Of a stretch of DNA of 64,000 bases, positions 14,301-27,700 are shown in pieces (position 1 is the stretch's first letter; the number at the start of each line of letters is the position of its first letter). The notes below the pieces were generated by a model. That model did no database searches. It saw only the letters and a list, made by a program, of their open reading frames with translations, and was not told the DNA's origin. A program made the position numbers and the translations under genes. Origin of the DNA: Eledone cirrhosa. Lineage: Eukaryota. The stretch spans positions 30,628,001-30,692,000 of the forward strand of contig OZ024741.1 in NCBI GenBank assembly GCA_964016885.1. The letters run 5' to 3'.

Positions 14301-16525
14301 CGGCGGCGGGCCGGTTCGGATTATGGACTTCGGTGCATTCCTCGACGGACTGCGGCGGCTCTCGACGATCGCAACGCAGTACTGCGAAAAGCCGATAACA
14401 GCAGCTGAAATAGGGAAAGCGATGTCTGACTCCACGAGAGGTAAATCGCCAGGTTTGGATGGTCTGCCCTTCAACATTTATGCGTATATGCCAGACTTGT
14501 TCGGCGACCTCTTGGCAGATGTCCGCAGCAGAACGGGAGCATTCCCAGTTTTGTGAGCCGGGGAGCGGTGGTGCTGCTGAGGAAAGACTCGAAAAAGGGG
14601 GACGTTATAGACAACTTCAGGCCCTTAACTCTGCTAAACGCAGTGTTTAAGATTTTGGCCAAGGTATTAGCAAAGCGATTGGCGCCTGTCGTCGGTGATC
14701 TGGTTTGCCAAGGCGCAGACATGCGCCATTCCGGACAGATACATCCACGGCAACCTCCATCTCATGCGATACATCATAGAGATGGTGGTTAAGGAATCTG
14801 GCACGGGTGGGGCCCTGATCAATTTGGATCAATCTATAGCATTTGATAGGTTCGACTATCGGTACCTGGCTACGGTCCTCGAGGCGGCTGGCTTCGGCCT
14901 CGTTTTCAAGGGCTGGATCGCTGCGATGCACAGCGACATCTGCTCGATTGTGAGGGTGAATGGTTACCTGTCGTAGTCTTTCATGCGCTCGGTCGGCTAG
15001 GGTTGCTCCCCCTCGTCCCTCTTGTACGCACTGGCCCTCGATACGTTACTGAACAAATTGGAGACGATGAGGGTGGGGATCCCACGTGAATTGGGATGCG
15101 GGAGATTTGTGTTAGCTTACGCCGACGACGTCACCATGGTGGTGTCGAGCACCAAACACGTCCAGATGCCTGGCACCGCTCTCAAAGAATACGAAGCGGT
15201 GACAGGAGCAAAGATAAACCAGGAAAATCGGTGGAATTGCAACTCGGCACCTGGAGTGGCAAGTGCATGCCGTCCGACAGCGTCGTAGGGTGCTGGACGG
15301 GAGGGCCGGTTAAATTGCTCGGGGTCTGGTTCGGTCCAGACTTCCAGATGGAGAAAAAATGGAACGAAGTGAGGAGCAGGGTGGCGTCTATCACCCAGAA
15401 ATGGGCCGAGGGGAGGCTGTCTCTGAAAGGCGGAAGTGCCGAATGCGTACATAGCGGCCGTCATCTGTTACCTCCTCACCGTCGTACCTTGCCCCCGCCC
15501 AACTCTGACCAAAATGGAGCGCCTTCTCTTCCGAGGGATAGCGCTTGGAAGCTGGAATGTCTCCAAGGGCTCACCGTCCTCTACCATCTGGGCACTAGTA
15601 TCGGTGGAACATCCACTTCGGCATTCTATAGAGGGCTAGTGGAGGGACAGAGCGACGACGTTCTCGGGGAGACGCTGGGCATCGAAGACGATCAGCTGTT
15701 CACTCTCTTCAAGAGAACTTTTAGACCGGGACCTATGGACAACTTCCAGAAATCCCTGGACTGGCAGTGCTACCGGGGAGAGTTGCCGGTTCGGGATAAG
15801 CTCTACAGGCGCGGAAGTGCTGTCAGCCGAGCCTGACCGAGATGCGCGCAGCGCGATGAAACCGTCCTGCACGCACTCGTTCAGTACCCGAGGATTGCTG
15901 ACTTGTGGAGCTAAGTCGAACAGCTGCTGTCGTGTGTAGGACGGATCCGGTTATCGATTGAGTCCATTGTGCAGATAACCCCGCCCTCCTCCTTTAAAAT
16001 GGAGGAAGGGCAGGCAGTTTTCATCTGCCTGGTGGCCATGGCGAAAGAGATTGTGTGGTGGACAAGGTTGAAAGGGTTGAATATGGACACTTTCCTCTTC
16101 GACCAATCCCTGACTAACTTTTTCAAGTTTCAATTGAAGAGGAAAATCAGGGTGGAGAGGCAAGTGCTGTCTTCTAGTAAGTTTGTTGAAAGGTGGGTGA
16201 AAGTGGCGAGTCTGGTCCGAGTGAACGGGCCCGCTCTGAGTATGCACCTGTAGACTGAGCAGTGGGAAAACTGAGAGTGGGCGCTGGCCCTGGTGGTCAG
16301 GGTGACCGTGGCCTTTTTGTGTGGTTTTCGCCATAAGTGACCCTCGGAGGTTTCTCCCCTTTTGTGGATTGTTTGTCGTTTGAATTTTTTTGATATCTAG
16401 CCCAATTTTGTTATAACTTGTTTACACGATCAAAACCCACTTTGTATCGTCATGTACTGTTCTGTGACGTCTCTAATGTTTTTCTTCGTGTCAGCCCTTG
16501 TGGCCAATAAAGAAACCATTATTAT
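11390..16525 (+). mobile_element. Tx1/L1-clade non-LTR retrotransposon, near full length, decayed (copy 1)
   Basis: ORF1 from ATG 11473 (MAEPRPPAIC) with a CCHC knuckle near 12528. ORF2 from ATG 13443: APE endonuclease (INVRGL, DVVAISET, HLDRV), RT (KSPGLDGLP, NFRPLTLLN, YADD) and a C-terminal zinc finger. Tail is gcccttgtggccaataaagaaacc(att)n. Confidence 0.92.
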
Positions 16526-19173
16526 GAGTCGTGTACATTTCCTCTCTGTATTTGTTTTTTTATTTACCCCATTCTAAACATTTTATTAAAAGTTTTAACC
16601 TGTTTTGGGGTTAACCCCGTCGGCATCGAATACAATTGCTCGGTTTTCTTTTATGTTTAACCCATCAATTCAAAATAGGTGCTTAAATTATAAATAATAT
16701 AATATATATGTAAGGTAGCCAACGAGCCAGCCACTTGTGCTGGGGTTTGTAGTAAATGTATTTTATCATACACTTGACTTTTCTCATGTGGCCTTTCTTA
16801 TAGGTAAACTTCTATATGTTTTTGGCGGCACCTGTGAAAAATGTGGTCGCTGGCTTATTGGCTGACTGGTCATCTAAATGTTTATGTAGTGACCTGTTCA
16901 TTAGCTGGCTTCCTGACTGCCAAACTATAACATCTGTTTCAACGTATGATTTATATCAAGAATCTTGCAAACCAATTAGAAAACAAAATATAGAAGCAAG
17001 TCTAATCAATTCTGCATTTGTGAAACCAAGAATAGGTTAGAAGATACGTGAAGAGATTGTGTTCGAATATTGGGCAACTTAATTGAAAAGAAAATTACTG
17101 GACAAACATCAAACTATGACTAGAATGAGACTAAAATGAGATTAAGAATTACTTATCACGATCAAAGCATTATCGAGTGAGATTCTCTGGTTTCATTCGT
17201 CCGAAACGAAATAGCAGTAAAATAATACTCAAGGCATTTCGAGTATGGAGCACAAAGTATGCATTAATGAAATATTACATTTCTAGACTACAATAAAGAC
17301 TAATGAATTCAGTGACAATACATTTTTCTATCAGATTGCTTATAAATATGTAGTTCATAAGCCAAGCTTGCATGTTTGATTTATTCTCAAAACCTATACA
17401 AAGCAAATGCTTTATTTATGTCTGAAGTATCTCAAAGGAGTGAAACCTCTCACACACCGGTGTCTACACATTTGGAAACTATATATCACACTACATATAG
17501 TAACACATCCTATTCCTAACACTAGGCGTATATTTCATGAAAAAATGCCTAGAGATTGCTTTACCTGTGATTACAACACTGGCATTTTAATGAAAAGTGT
17601 CAATAATTAACTCACCATGTCTTGATTTCATCCAAGCTGCCAATCCATTCGTCATTCTCACACTCATAGCAATCCCTCTTTCATTTCCTCTCATCATCCT
17701 TTTCTCGATATTCGTAGTTTCATGTAACCCATAACCTAAAGCGATTTTAAAGCCTTCCTAGATAAAAGAATGTTACTAAACTGTTTGCATTTTCTTGGAC
17801 AGAATCTACGAACTATAAGGAACTTTCTTCTTCTAACCTATTTCTTCCTTACTCTTTCTTTTATCTCTGGTTCAAGATCAACACCTCAATTTGACATACA
17901 GTGGCGCCTTTCCGGTTGGAGAACTGGCTATGTTTTATACTGTCCTTTTTTCTTTCTCTTGGTGATGTTTGATGGGTCTTTAATTAGACGGTTTCTCCAT
18001 TTTTGAATTTTCAAAGTGCAACTTTTAAATATTTGAAGCTATAAATATTAGTTCAATTGACTTGATTCCTCGTATTATTATAAAACCTGTACATGTACTA
18101 ACAAAATGTCGGAGAACGAATTCTTCTTTTCCCAAAATTCAGGCTTCTAACGCCAAATTGATTAATTCTTTCACCGCTACCACTTTGAAATATAAACACG
18201 ATGCAATTGGCGTTTGGTCAAATTGGAAATACAGTTACAAGCAATGATAAAGACGAATGTTTTTTTCCAGTGCAGATAATGGCATGTGTTCTCAAGTAAC
18301 TGAAAGTTTTTTTTCTAGTAAAACGATCTAAAAAATGATCACGATTTTCATTAAGCAAGCCAGCGAAAATTACATTCCAATCGGAAGATTTCCCAGCGAA
18401 TGCATTCAAATGAAACAGCCTGTATAGAAATAATAATAATAATAATAATAGTAATAATTGTTTCTACATTTGGCACAAGGGCAGCAATCCATGGGAAGAG
18501 GAGAGTCGACCAAATCGAGCACAGTGCATTATCTTAGCCGTCTACTAAGATATCACTAAATATGAACAGCATATAACCGTTTATCTCAATGGTATGATTA
18601 TCCATCTCGGCGATTTGTTACTCGTGCAACCAGCTATTGCATTCTGAGTTATAATCTGTCTTTCCCATCATTAAAGTCTCTCATACCATTCGGTCTGTCG
18701 CTATTCTCGATCAGCTGAACGAATTACCGTTGTTCGGTATCGATTAGATGCGCTTACGTTGATTCGCCAAAGACCAAATCGTGGATTTATTGCCACGCCA
18801 CACAGCCACACACTATTCCTAGCAAACGGGAATCGGATACAAACTAATGATTATTTTAACTCTAGAAAATACTTCAGCAATGCTGGTATTGTCACTGCCT
18901 CCGTCACTCTCACCCTCCCTATCTCTCACTAGTATAAGCAAATGGGGACCTAGGGGCTGGATGCTCTGCGGTTTCGGTGGACAGAAAGCGTTTACCCGGA
19001 GGATGATGAGGGAGACGTTTCAATGCGCGAGGATCACACTTGCAGGTAGCCAACTCCGTGCCAATGGTGGTGATTAGGAAAGAGACCCTAGAGCAATGGA
19101 CACCAGATGTCTCCAGTGATACGAGATCGACCGCTAACCTATCGGAAAGCGACCGATAAAGGTAAATTATTAT

Positions 19174-19358
19174 TGGATTGGCAGTATCAGTAGAGGGTCG
19201 GACGCCATGCTTTCCAGCACAGTTACGTCCCTTTACGATCTGAGTTCAAATCCCGCCGAGGTTGACTTTGCCTTTCATCCTTACGGGGTCTATAAAATAA
19301 AGTACCAGTAATGCACTGGATATTTGCTGGCCTTGTGCCTAAAGTAGAAACAATTATT
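19174..19358 (+). mobile_element. tRNA-derived SINE (main family)
   Basis: A-box-like tggcagtatc, B box gagttcaaatcc, central gcctttcatccttacggggtc (probably the Meta-SINE domain; inference), tail ggccttgtgcctaaagtagaaacaattatt. Confidence 0.85.
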
Positions 19359-19442
19359 TATAGCTTATTTTCTTGGGTATTTGTTATCTCTATAATAAGT
19401 TAAGGTATATAAATGCAAATACTGACACAAATATACACACCT

Positions 19443-19509
<67 letters not shown>

Positions 19510-19557
19510 AACAAATAAATACACACACACACACACACACACATAAACATACACATA

Positions 19558-19620
<63 letters not shown>

Positions 19621-19666
19621 ACACACACACACACATATATATATAAATATATATATATTTATACAG

Positions 19667-20093
19667 TGTTTAGAAAGTAAAGGAGACACAAACACAGAGT
19701 AGGCAGTTCCCCACATCAGTTGACTGTTGTGGATCTCAGATGTTTCGGCGCATTAAAGACAATAGATCTCTCCGCAGCTCAATAATAACTTAGAAAGTTA
19801 TTAGAGAAAGTAAAGACGAAAAATATACGATAACGAAGAGAAAGAAAAAAAGACACAAGAGAAAAAAAGAGAAAAAAAGAAAGAACATACCGATAGAGAG
19901 GGTGAAACACAGGAGAACGGCACATGTATGTAGAGTAACCAAGGAGATTGAGAGCGCAGTTAAAAACTGCAGCTAGTTTGAAGCCCAGAGACCTTATTAA
20001 CATGGAGAGCGCGAAGAGAAATGCGTCTGATTTCGGTGAGAACGGCCGTGAAGGGAGAGAGAGAGAGATGAAGGAAACAGAAGTAGTAAGGGA

Positions 20094-20097
<4 letters not shown>
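19667..20097. mobile_element. Non-coding repeat with pseudoknot motif (homolog of 23414-23857)
   Basis: About 190 bp are shared with 23670-23857; it lies between (TA)n tracts. Confidence 0.6.
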
Positions 20098-20161
<64 letters not shown>

Positions 20162-20164
20162 TTT

Positions 20165-23100
20165 ACGTATCGAGAAAGAGAGAAAAAAAGAGGGATAGGT
20201 GATACATATAGTTATTTGCCAAGTAGCGTATGCCAAAGGTGCTCGATACTAGTGCCGGTAGTATTAAATATTCGAAGTGTTAATATTTAGTGGGTTAGAG
20301 ATTTAGCAGAGCGTAAGCACGTGGGAAAGTGAAAAATCGGAGAATAGACCGTTAAAACATGTTTATTTAAAATATCACCTACGTACGTTTCGCCCAGTTG
20401 GGCTTCTCAAGGGCATAAACAATCACAAGTGTTCCTTATATAGTTCGGAAAGAGTTTTGGGGGTTAAATCCACATCAAGATTCATTGTTCGCAAAAATAT
20501 CTTGTTTTGATTTTGCAGCAGGTCAAGGGAGGTAACTTTGGCCGGTGTTAGGGCAGTCTTTCCCGGATAATTTTTGGTATGCAGGGATTGTTTTCTGGGT
20601 GTTATTTTGCTGCGCCTGCCCGCCGGGGTGTTAAGACTTGTTGCAGTGAGATCCAGTGTGCTATTTCACTCTTCATTCTTAACCCATCTAAAGAAGGATA
20701 TTTTTAAGCGATGTGTACAACTTATCGCTGTTTCAGCTCTGCTGTTGATGAGCTCGTGGGGTGCAGTTATGATGTGGTAGAGCTCCATGAGGCAAATATC
20801 GCATTTCCTCTTGAAGTTGTACGGTGCAGCCCTGTCGACAATCTCCCAGTGCGTGGAGAAGCTAATGTTTAAGTCCTTTAGTGATGTGATGTAGTCCGCG
20901 AGCGAGGTGGAGTGCCTTAGTTTTCTATTTGTGAAAGAGTGGAGATGTGTTCGAAACCTACTTTTGAACGGGCCGGAGGTGGCCCCTATATAATGTTTAA
21001 CGATATTGTGGCTAGTAATAGTGCATCTATATATAACCCTATCGGTCAAGCAGTATCCTCTAACGGGGCACCGTCCTCTGTCGCGGCAGTTGCAATTTCT
21101 GTCGTTGTTCCGTCTATTTCCCACGATAAGGCTATCATTGTTGCTGCCTACGTTGCTAGCTGCGCTACCGCAGCTGTCGTTAGCACAATTACAACCCACA
21201 GCACGCGGGATGGTGCGATTGTTATTCCGCACGCCATGTTTTGCATGCTCCCCAGTCACTTCGCGGTCATTCTGGTTGCGTCTGCGGATGCCGTTGCCAA
21301 CACTATTGGATACTGTCAGGGAGTTTTTAAGGCCGATACAGTTATTGTCAAGTGTAGGTGCGTCTGCGTTGAGGTGCTGTGTCTTGGTGATCTTACTGTG
21401 GTTCGTTGTTCCTATGATGTCTGCTAGGTGAGGAGTAGTAGAGAAGGATATTTTTATATTGTTCCTATTAAGAATTTTTCTATACCTATGGTTGGGTGGG
21501 AAGTTCTTCTCTAAGGCTTCGAAGAATATCCGGGGTATGTTGGAGGCCACACTTCGAGAGTAGGGGGGGGGGGGGGGTGGAACAATAGGACGTTACGGTG
21601 ACGATTACGTGTCCTTGTACTTTTGCTACGGGTGGTTCCATCTAAGTGATCGCTCTTATGTGTGTTAATGCGCTGTCGCCCGTTCGGTGCCCCTTTCACT
21701 TTATGCTCGGGTGCACTCTTTCTACCACTTCCATGTTTATGTACACGAAGATGTTGGTTGGAAGGCGTTGGTAGTAGGCCGTCGCCTTTGTTGGTTTTGT
21801 AATAAGGGAATAGTTTGAGTAATCTACAGTATTCACCGTCGCCGGGGACGTGATCTTTGGTGCGGTTATCTATTCTATTATATCCGACTTTAACGAGGTC
21901 GCCGCGTGATCGGTTATAGGTATGGCTTACTATAACGTTAGTTTTATGAGGGGGGTGGTTTCTAGAGCTAACGTTAGGGATGTAGGAAATTCCTCGGTTA
22001 AAGCCGGCGCTTATCAGGGCCCTATTGTAGTAATCAGCCGCTTGGTTGAAGATATCCTCATTGGCGGATAGCCTCGAGATTCTATGTGAGATACTATAGA
22101 CTATGGAGTTGAGAGTCTGCTTAGGGTGGTTGGAGGCGTAATTAATATAAGAGAGGCATTCTCCAGGCTTATGGTATGGCTTGTATAAGCCCGTACTCAA
22201 CTCCAGGGTCACGTCCAGGAAGTTGACAACCCTGTGGTTGAGGTCCATAGTTACGGATAGGCCGTATGATTTAAAGAACCTGTGTATATGTTTGTTAAGG
22301 TTCTCTATCCTACGGGGGCTATGGTTCCTAACGGTAAACAGGGCGTCGTCCCTATATACACCTCCTTGTAGGGCCGGTATTTCTTCCCTAAGCTTATGTA
22401 GGAGGTATATCCCAACCAGGTCAGTTGCTTGCGCTGAGTCGCTGGACTCCATCGTGACATCGAAGTTATCAGGACGGTTGGTTCTGGTCCAGTGGGAGCC
22501 TTCGAACTGGATAATGGTTCTACGTGCCGCTAGAATTATGTCTACTTCTTTTTTTAGTGAGGCTAGTGTTAGATCTAGCTAAGATAAGTGCCTTATTTAA
22601 GAGTATGGGGGAGATAGAGGCGTAGTAGCTATCTATATCAAACTGGATGAATTTCAGGGGGGCTTTATCCGGCAACTCGCTGAACCAATTTATGACCTGG
22701 TCGGTGTTGCCCCAGAGGCAGACCTTAGCCTTTCTATTAAGCTCGAGTAGTACTCTGTCAAGGATCACTTTACTAATCTTACCTATATCTGATGTAGAGG
22801 GGCATATAAGTCTAATAGAGGGGCTTTCATTAAAGTCACATTTGTGATCCTTAAGAGAGAATTTAGGCGTCAGAGGGACGTACGGGTTAGTGTACTTTTC
22901 TATTTCTAAGCTGGTGACTATATCCTTCCCTACTCTATTTATGTCATTTAGGGTACTAGAGGGTGTCTTTTTGTAGTCTTTGTGTAGTTCCTTATAGATG
23001 AATTGTTTATACTCACTCGCGTCCATCTTGTACAGCTTTTTGGTTTTGTCGGAGGTGACGAAGAGGTGCGGGTCATTCTTGATCTTAGTTATTAGTGTAT

Positions 23101-23378
23101 CAAGGGACGTTAAGAATGGATTGCTGCATTGGTGTTTCTTTCTGAGCTTAACGTTTTTGATCATTTTCAGCAGGTCCTCTTCAAAGGAGTCCAGTAAGGT
23201 GTTGTGCGGTGGGTTTCGGTATGTTTTGAAACCATACCTCTCTTTGGGTTGAGGAAGGTTACGGATGTTCTTATCCAGGTGGTAGGCCTTCCATCTGACT
23301 CTCCGTATAAACGAATTAGTAGCGTCTATAAGCAGTTTAAGGTAGGTTTTTGTGCTGGGTAAGGGGATACACTTGAGA

Positions 23379-23383
<5 letters not shown>
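20165..23383 (-). mobile_element. Penelope-like element, Naiad-like; frameshifted at homopolymers; inserted in (TA)n
   Basis: N-terminus SLKCIPLPS..YLKLLI....FIRRVRWKAY. RT motifs LKDHK, RLICP, FDIDSYY, DVTM, YRDD, VNFLDVTL. GIY-YIG domain CNCR...CP..G.CL...VIY.C.....YIGAT...FKSR...H, then C..C..E and CTH. Three ORF pieces: 22520-23383, 21511-22452 and 20666-21550. Confidence 0.92.
20376..20414 (-). ncRNA. Minimal hammerhead motif (U3-A8 core variant) in the Naiad-like 3' end
   Basis: gccc-TTGAGAA-gcccaactgggc-GAAA-cgtacg-TA-gg, followed by AATAAA (20362-20367, minus strand). Confidence 0.7.
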
Positions 23384-23413
<30 letters not shown>

Positions 23414-23459
<46 letters not shown>

Positions 23460-23857
23460 GGAATAAAGAGAGAGGAAATGATTGAGGAAGAGAGAATGAG
23501 AAAAGGAGAGAAAGAAAGGAGGAGGGAAAAGAGTTATTCCAAAGAATTGGTAGGACGTAAGTGTGACCGGAATAACACCAACAAGCCAGAAAAGAATAGA
23601 ACAGAGATCAGAACAATAAACAAATACGAATTGAAAGTGACAATGTACTGTGTGATTACTAATAAAGAGTTTTAGAAAGTAAAGCAAACATAGAGAAAGA
23701 CATTTCTTCCCATCAGTTGTCTGGTGCAGGTCTCATATATTTCGGTACATGAAAGACAACACATCTCTCTGCAGTGCGATAATAACTTAGAAAGTTATTA
23801 GGGAAGGAAAAGACGAATAAGAGACGATAACATAAAGAAAAAAAAACATACCGATAT
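23414..23857. mobile_element. Non-coding repeat with pseudoknot motif
   Basis: Homologous to 19667-19895; a purine-rich tract precedes the motif. Confidence 0.6.
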
Positions 23858-23888
23858 TAGTAACCACACAGCAACTTGTGCCTTTCAA

Positions 23889-23984
<96 letters not shown>

Positions 23985-23986
<2 letters not shown>

Positions 23987-24318
23987 ATATAAGATCAAAA
24001 GATGGTTAAAAGAGTTCCAAGTATTTTAATATGCGCATTTCAAAAACAAATATCATCATGGGATGATATCTGCGTTCTCATCAAATAAAATAGGGAAACA
24101 TGATATGAGGTTTAAAAAAACACGTGAGCAGTGAAGTTTTGAATCAGCATATGTTGATTTAAAACTTCACTGCACAAAAGAGTTTTTTAAGCTTCATATC
24201 ATGTCTCCCTATTTCATCTGATGAGAACGCAGATATCATCCCATGATGATATTTGTCTTTGAAATGCGCATAATAAAATATTTGGAACTCTTTTAACCAT
24301 CTTTTCATCTCATATTAT
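23985..24318. mobile_element. Fold-back element with a hammerhead motif in each arm
   Basis: Imperfect palindrome centred at 24150/24151. Plus-strand HHR 24211-24279: atttcat-CTGATGA-long stem II-GAAA-tgcgca-TA-ataaaat. The mirror copy is at 24023-24091. Confidence 0.85.
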
Positions 24319-24401
24319 TTATACTCCAGTCCTACAAACTGTAGAGTGCTACTTATCCGACATTTGCATTGCTTTATTGTGCTACAATAAAAATAACCTC
24401 C

Positions 24402-24443
<42 letters not shown>

Positions 24444-24625
24444 GGGGGAGTGTGGGGGTGTCAGAAGATCCCGTTAAGGGTGAAAGCAACGAATTTTTGC
24501 TTAAACACTTTATCTGTTATTTTGATAAATATTTGCTCTCTCTATGGTTTTATATATATATATATATAATCCTTATCAATTCCTCTTCGGATCTTAGTCT
24601 TCACATTTATTATTATTACTATTAT

Positions 24626-24752
24626 GCCGAGGTTGACTTTGCCTTTCATCCTCACGGGGTCGATAAAATAAAGTACCAGTAATGCACTGGGTAATTGCTG
24701 GCCTTGTGCCTAAAGTAGAAACAATTATTACTATTATTATTATTATTATTAT
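24626..24752 (+). mobile_element. 5'-truncated main-family SINE with (ATT)n tail
   Basis: gccgaggttgactttgcctttcatcc...gtagaaacaattatt. Confidence 0.85.
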
Positions 24753-27700
24753 TGGACTAAACGGACGTTATTTGCTCGCTCACAGTAAGTCGCTTTATTT
24801 GCCTGTTTAAATTATTTGTTGTTAAATATTTCTTGTTGTGTAAGGGATATAAGCCCTTAGACTTTGCCCCGTGAAGGGGAAAGTATAATATTTGGGCCTT
24901 TTGGCCCAAATATTTGAACTTTTTTATATGTTAAAAAATTTACGAAGAAAAAAAAATATGGCTGAGCCACGTCCTCCAGCGATATGTCGGCTGTCGTGCG
25001 ACAACGACGTAGAAGTTGAGAGGAGCGCTACAGCGAAATTAACACACATTGATAACACAAACACCACCACAAACAAGGTAAACAAAGACATCAATGATAC
25101 CAATAAGAACTCTAATTTGAAAAAAAAATGACAGTAACACCGACAACGAAAATACAGATAACAAAAAAAAAAATAACAAATACAACAACAATATCAACAC
25201 CACTAACATGAAAACAAATAGCGATAACACCAACAGCAACAATACCAACTGCACCGAGAACAACGGTGGCAGCAAAGACAACAATGATAACAGCGACAGT
25301 GCTAACTACAACACCAACAAGAACAACGTCAACAACACTCCCAACGAAAAGAAGACCACTTTCGCTGCGGCAGCAGCAAAAACGAGGCCATGCTTCAACA
25401 TGGACCTCTCAAACAAAGATGAAAAGTTGGCCCAGGCATGGAAGCTCATCAAGCAAGAGCAAACTTGGACCAACTTAACTGTCCCGGTAAAAGCTATTGA
25501 GGCAGTGGAGCGCAAAACAGTGCATTATAGATGCATCTCAGCGCAAAACAAAAGGGCAGCGTTAATCCCACAAGAAGATATCGAAGTCGCGCTGAGGTGC
25601 ATCAGAGAAGACACCCAGTACATACAGATGGACAGACAGTACGGCACCATTTCGGTGTTGTTCAAGTCAGAAGCCCTCGCGATGAAACACGCCATGACTC
25701 CTTACAAAACCAGCAAGGTCATAATGTACCCCACCCACATGGGAAAAAGAACGGCCCGTCTCCGCATTCCCAGAATCCCACCGGGACTTGACATGTGGTG
25801 GCTTCGGGGATGTGTGATTGTGGAGGGGACGGATACAGTCCCTATAGAAGTGACCAGAACGGCTAGAGAGGACTGGTCCGGGGTTGACCTAGAGATCCTT
25901 CTCCAGATCAGGCCCAGAATGTGAAGACAATCCCAGACCACATCCGCCTTCAGAATGGGACTGTCATTCACATTATTACGGAAGGCAAAAGGCCGCAGTG
26001 TTTTGTTTGTGGGGAAAAAACCCATTTGCGAGCCTTCTGCCCTCAACTGCTGAAAGAGGCAAGGGGTCGAAAGGCTGCACTGCTGCCGACGCCGGGGCGA
26101 GGACCACAACCAACACCTGCACCGGCAAAACCACCAACAACAACACCAATAGAAAGACCAACACCAACATTGACCACCCAGGGGGGAAACGAGGATAGCT
26201 GTCAAATCCCCCCCCAAAAAAAAAATACACACACCAATAAAACCTTAAACATACATACAGACACACTTACAGAAACAGGCCCCTCATCTACCAGTAGTGA
26301 AAATGAGGGAAATCCAAAATCCCCCAAAATACAAAAAAGGAAACACAAAAAGAAGAAAAAAAACTCAACAGAGCACAAAAGCACCCATAATAAAAAAAAC
26401 CAGACACCACCCACGCAAACATCTCTCCAATAACACCAACATCAACACCACCATCACCATCACCAGAATCCCCCAAACGCAAACAACCGAAACAGACGCA
26501 AGAACAAATATACACACAAACATCTGAAACCACAGACATCGCACTCACAACAAACACAGATACAACGGAAACAACACCACCAAATCCATCACCACCACTG
26601 CCACGCAAACAAATAAAATCACACCAACAAAACATACAAAACTTCGTGCTCGTCAGGAGGGCCAACAAGGAACTGATGGCCCTCGTAGCGCGAAGTAAAA
26701 ATATACAAACAGAGGGGGAAATGTTTAAATCGAGCACATTTCGCGTGCCGGAAGATTTGGTTCTGGTGCGAAAGTCGCTCGACATATTCAAAGAAATACG
26801 AGACAGCTTTCCTCGGGACGTGGGAACCCCGAACGTAAAACCCACTTCAAGGCTTTTAAAGGGGTTCCCAAAAGAAACCCCACTAACTATGGAGGTTGAA
26901 CAACCCGACCTTCACAAGAGCCCGGAAGGCAAGTAAACCTTCCTCTCTCTCTGTTTAACCTGCCAACATGGCCGTATTAAGAGTAGGATGTTTAAATGTT
27001 CGAGGCCTGGGATCGTCCTGGAAGCAGGGTCACCTGCTCAACGACCTCAGGTCTATATAAATGGATGTAATTGCAGTCAGCGAGACCAGCATTTCCGACA
27101 CGCGCGCACTAGCCCCCATTTTCGACGACTATCATATCTTTGCATCTGTTAGCCAGCCGGGAATAGGAGGTAGGGTGGCTGTGCTGTTTAGGAAAGGCCT
27201 GGACCTCGAGGTAAGGGCGATCTACCGGGACCCGGACGGGAAGTTGGTGGTCCTGGACGTGAACAATAATGAAGGTGGTGCCTTTAGACTGGTGGCCGTC
27301 TATGCTCCTACTGAGGCAGGACGGCCGGACTTCTTTAGACGCCTGGAAGCCTTTCTGGGTACGTCTCGCCCTTTACTGTTAGCGGGGGACTGGAAAGGCA
27401 TCTTAGACGCACGCTGGGACTGTGTGGGAGTATCCGATAGGAGCGGGGGCGCAAAAGCCTCAAGAACCTGATCAGCCAGTTCCAACTGTCTGACAGGTAC
27501 CGACTAGAATTCCCTAAATCGCCAGTGTGGACCTGTCCACGTTTTGAAACGGTCGCCTATTCAGATCACAAGTTTGTGATCTGTATGGTCAACCTAGATA
27601 AGACGCGTAGGTTAGGACCTGGTTACTGGAAGCTAAACATGTCATTTCCGGCACGTAAGGCTTACAGGGACCAGGTCAATAATTTAGTTAAGAAAAAGTT

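Noticed and set aside
20666-23383. Selenocysteine recoding as reported for some Naiad PLEs
   Set aside because: ORF breaks are frameshifts rather than in-frame TGA, and I recognised no SECIS.
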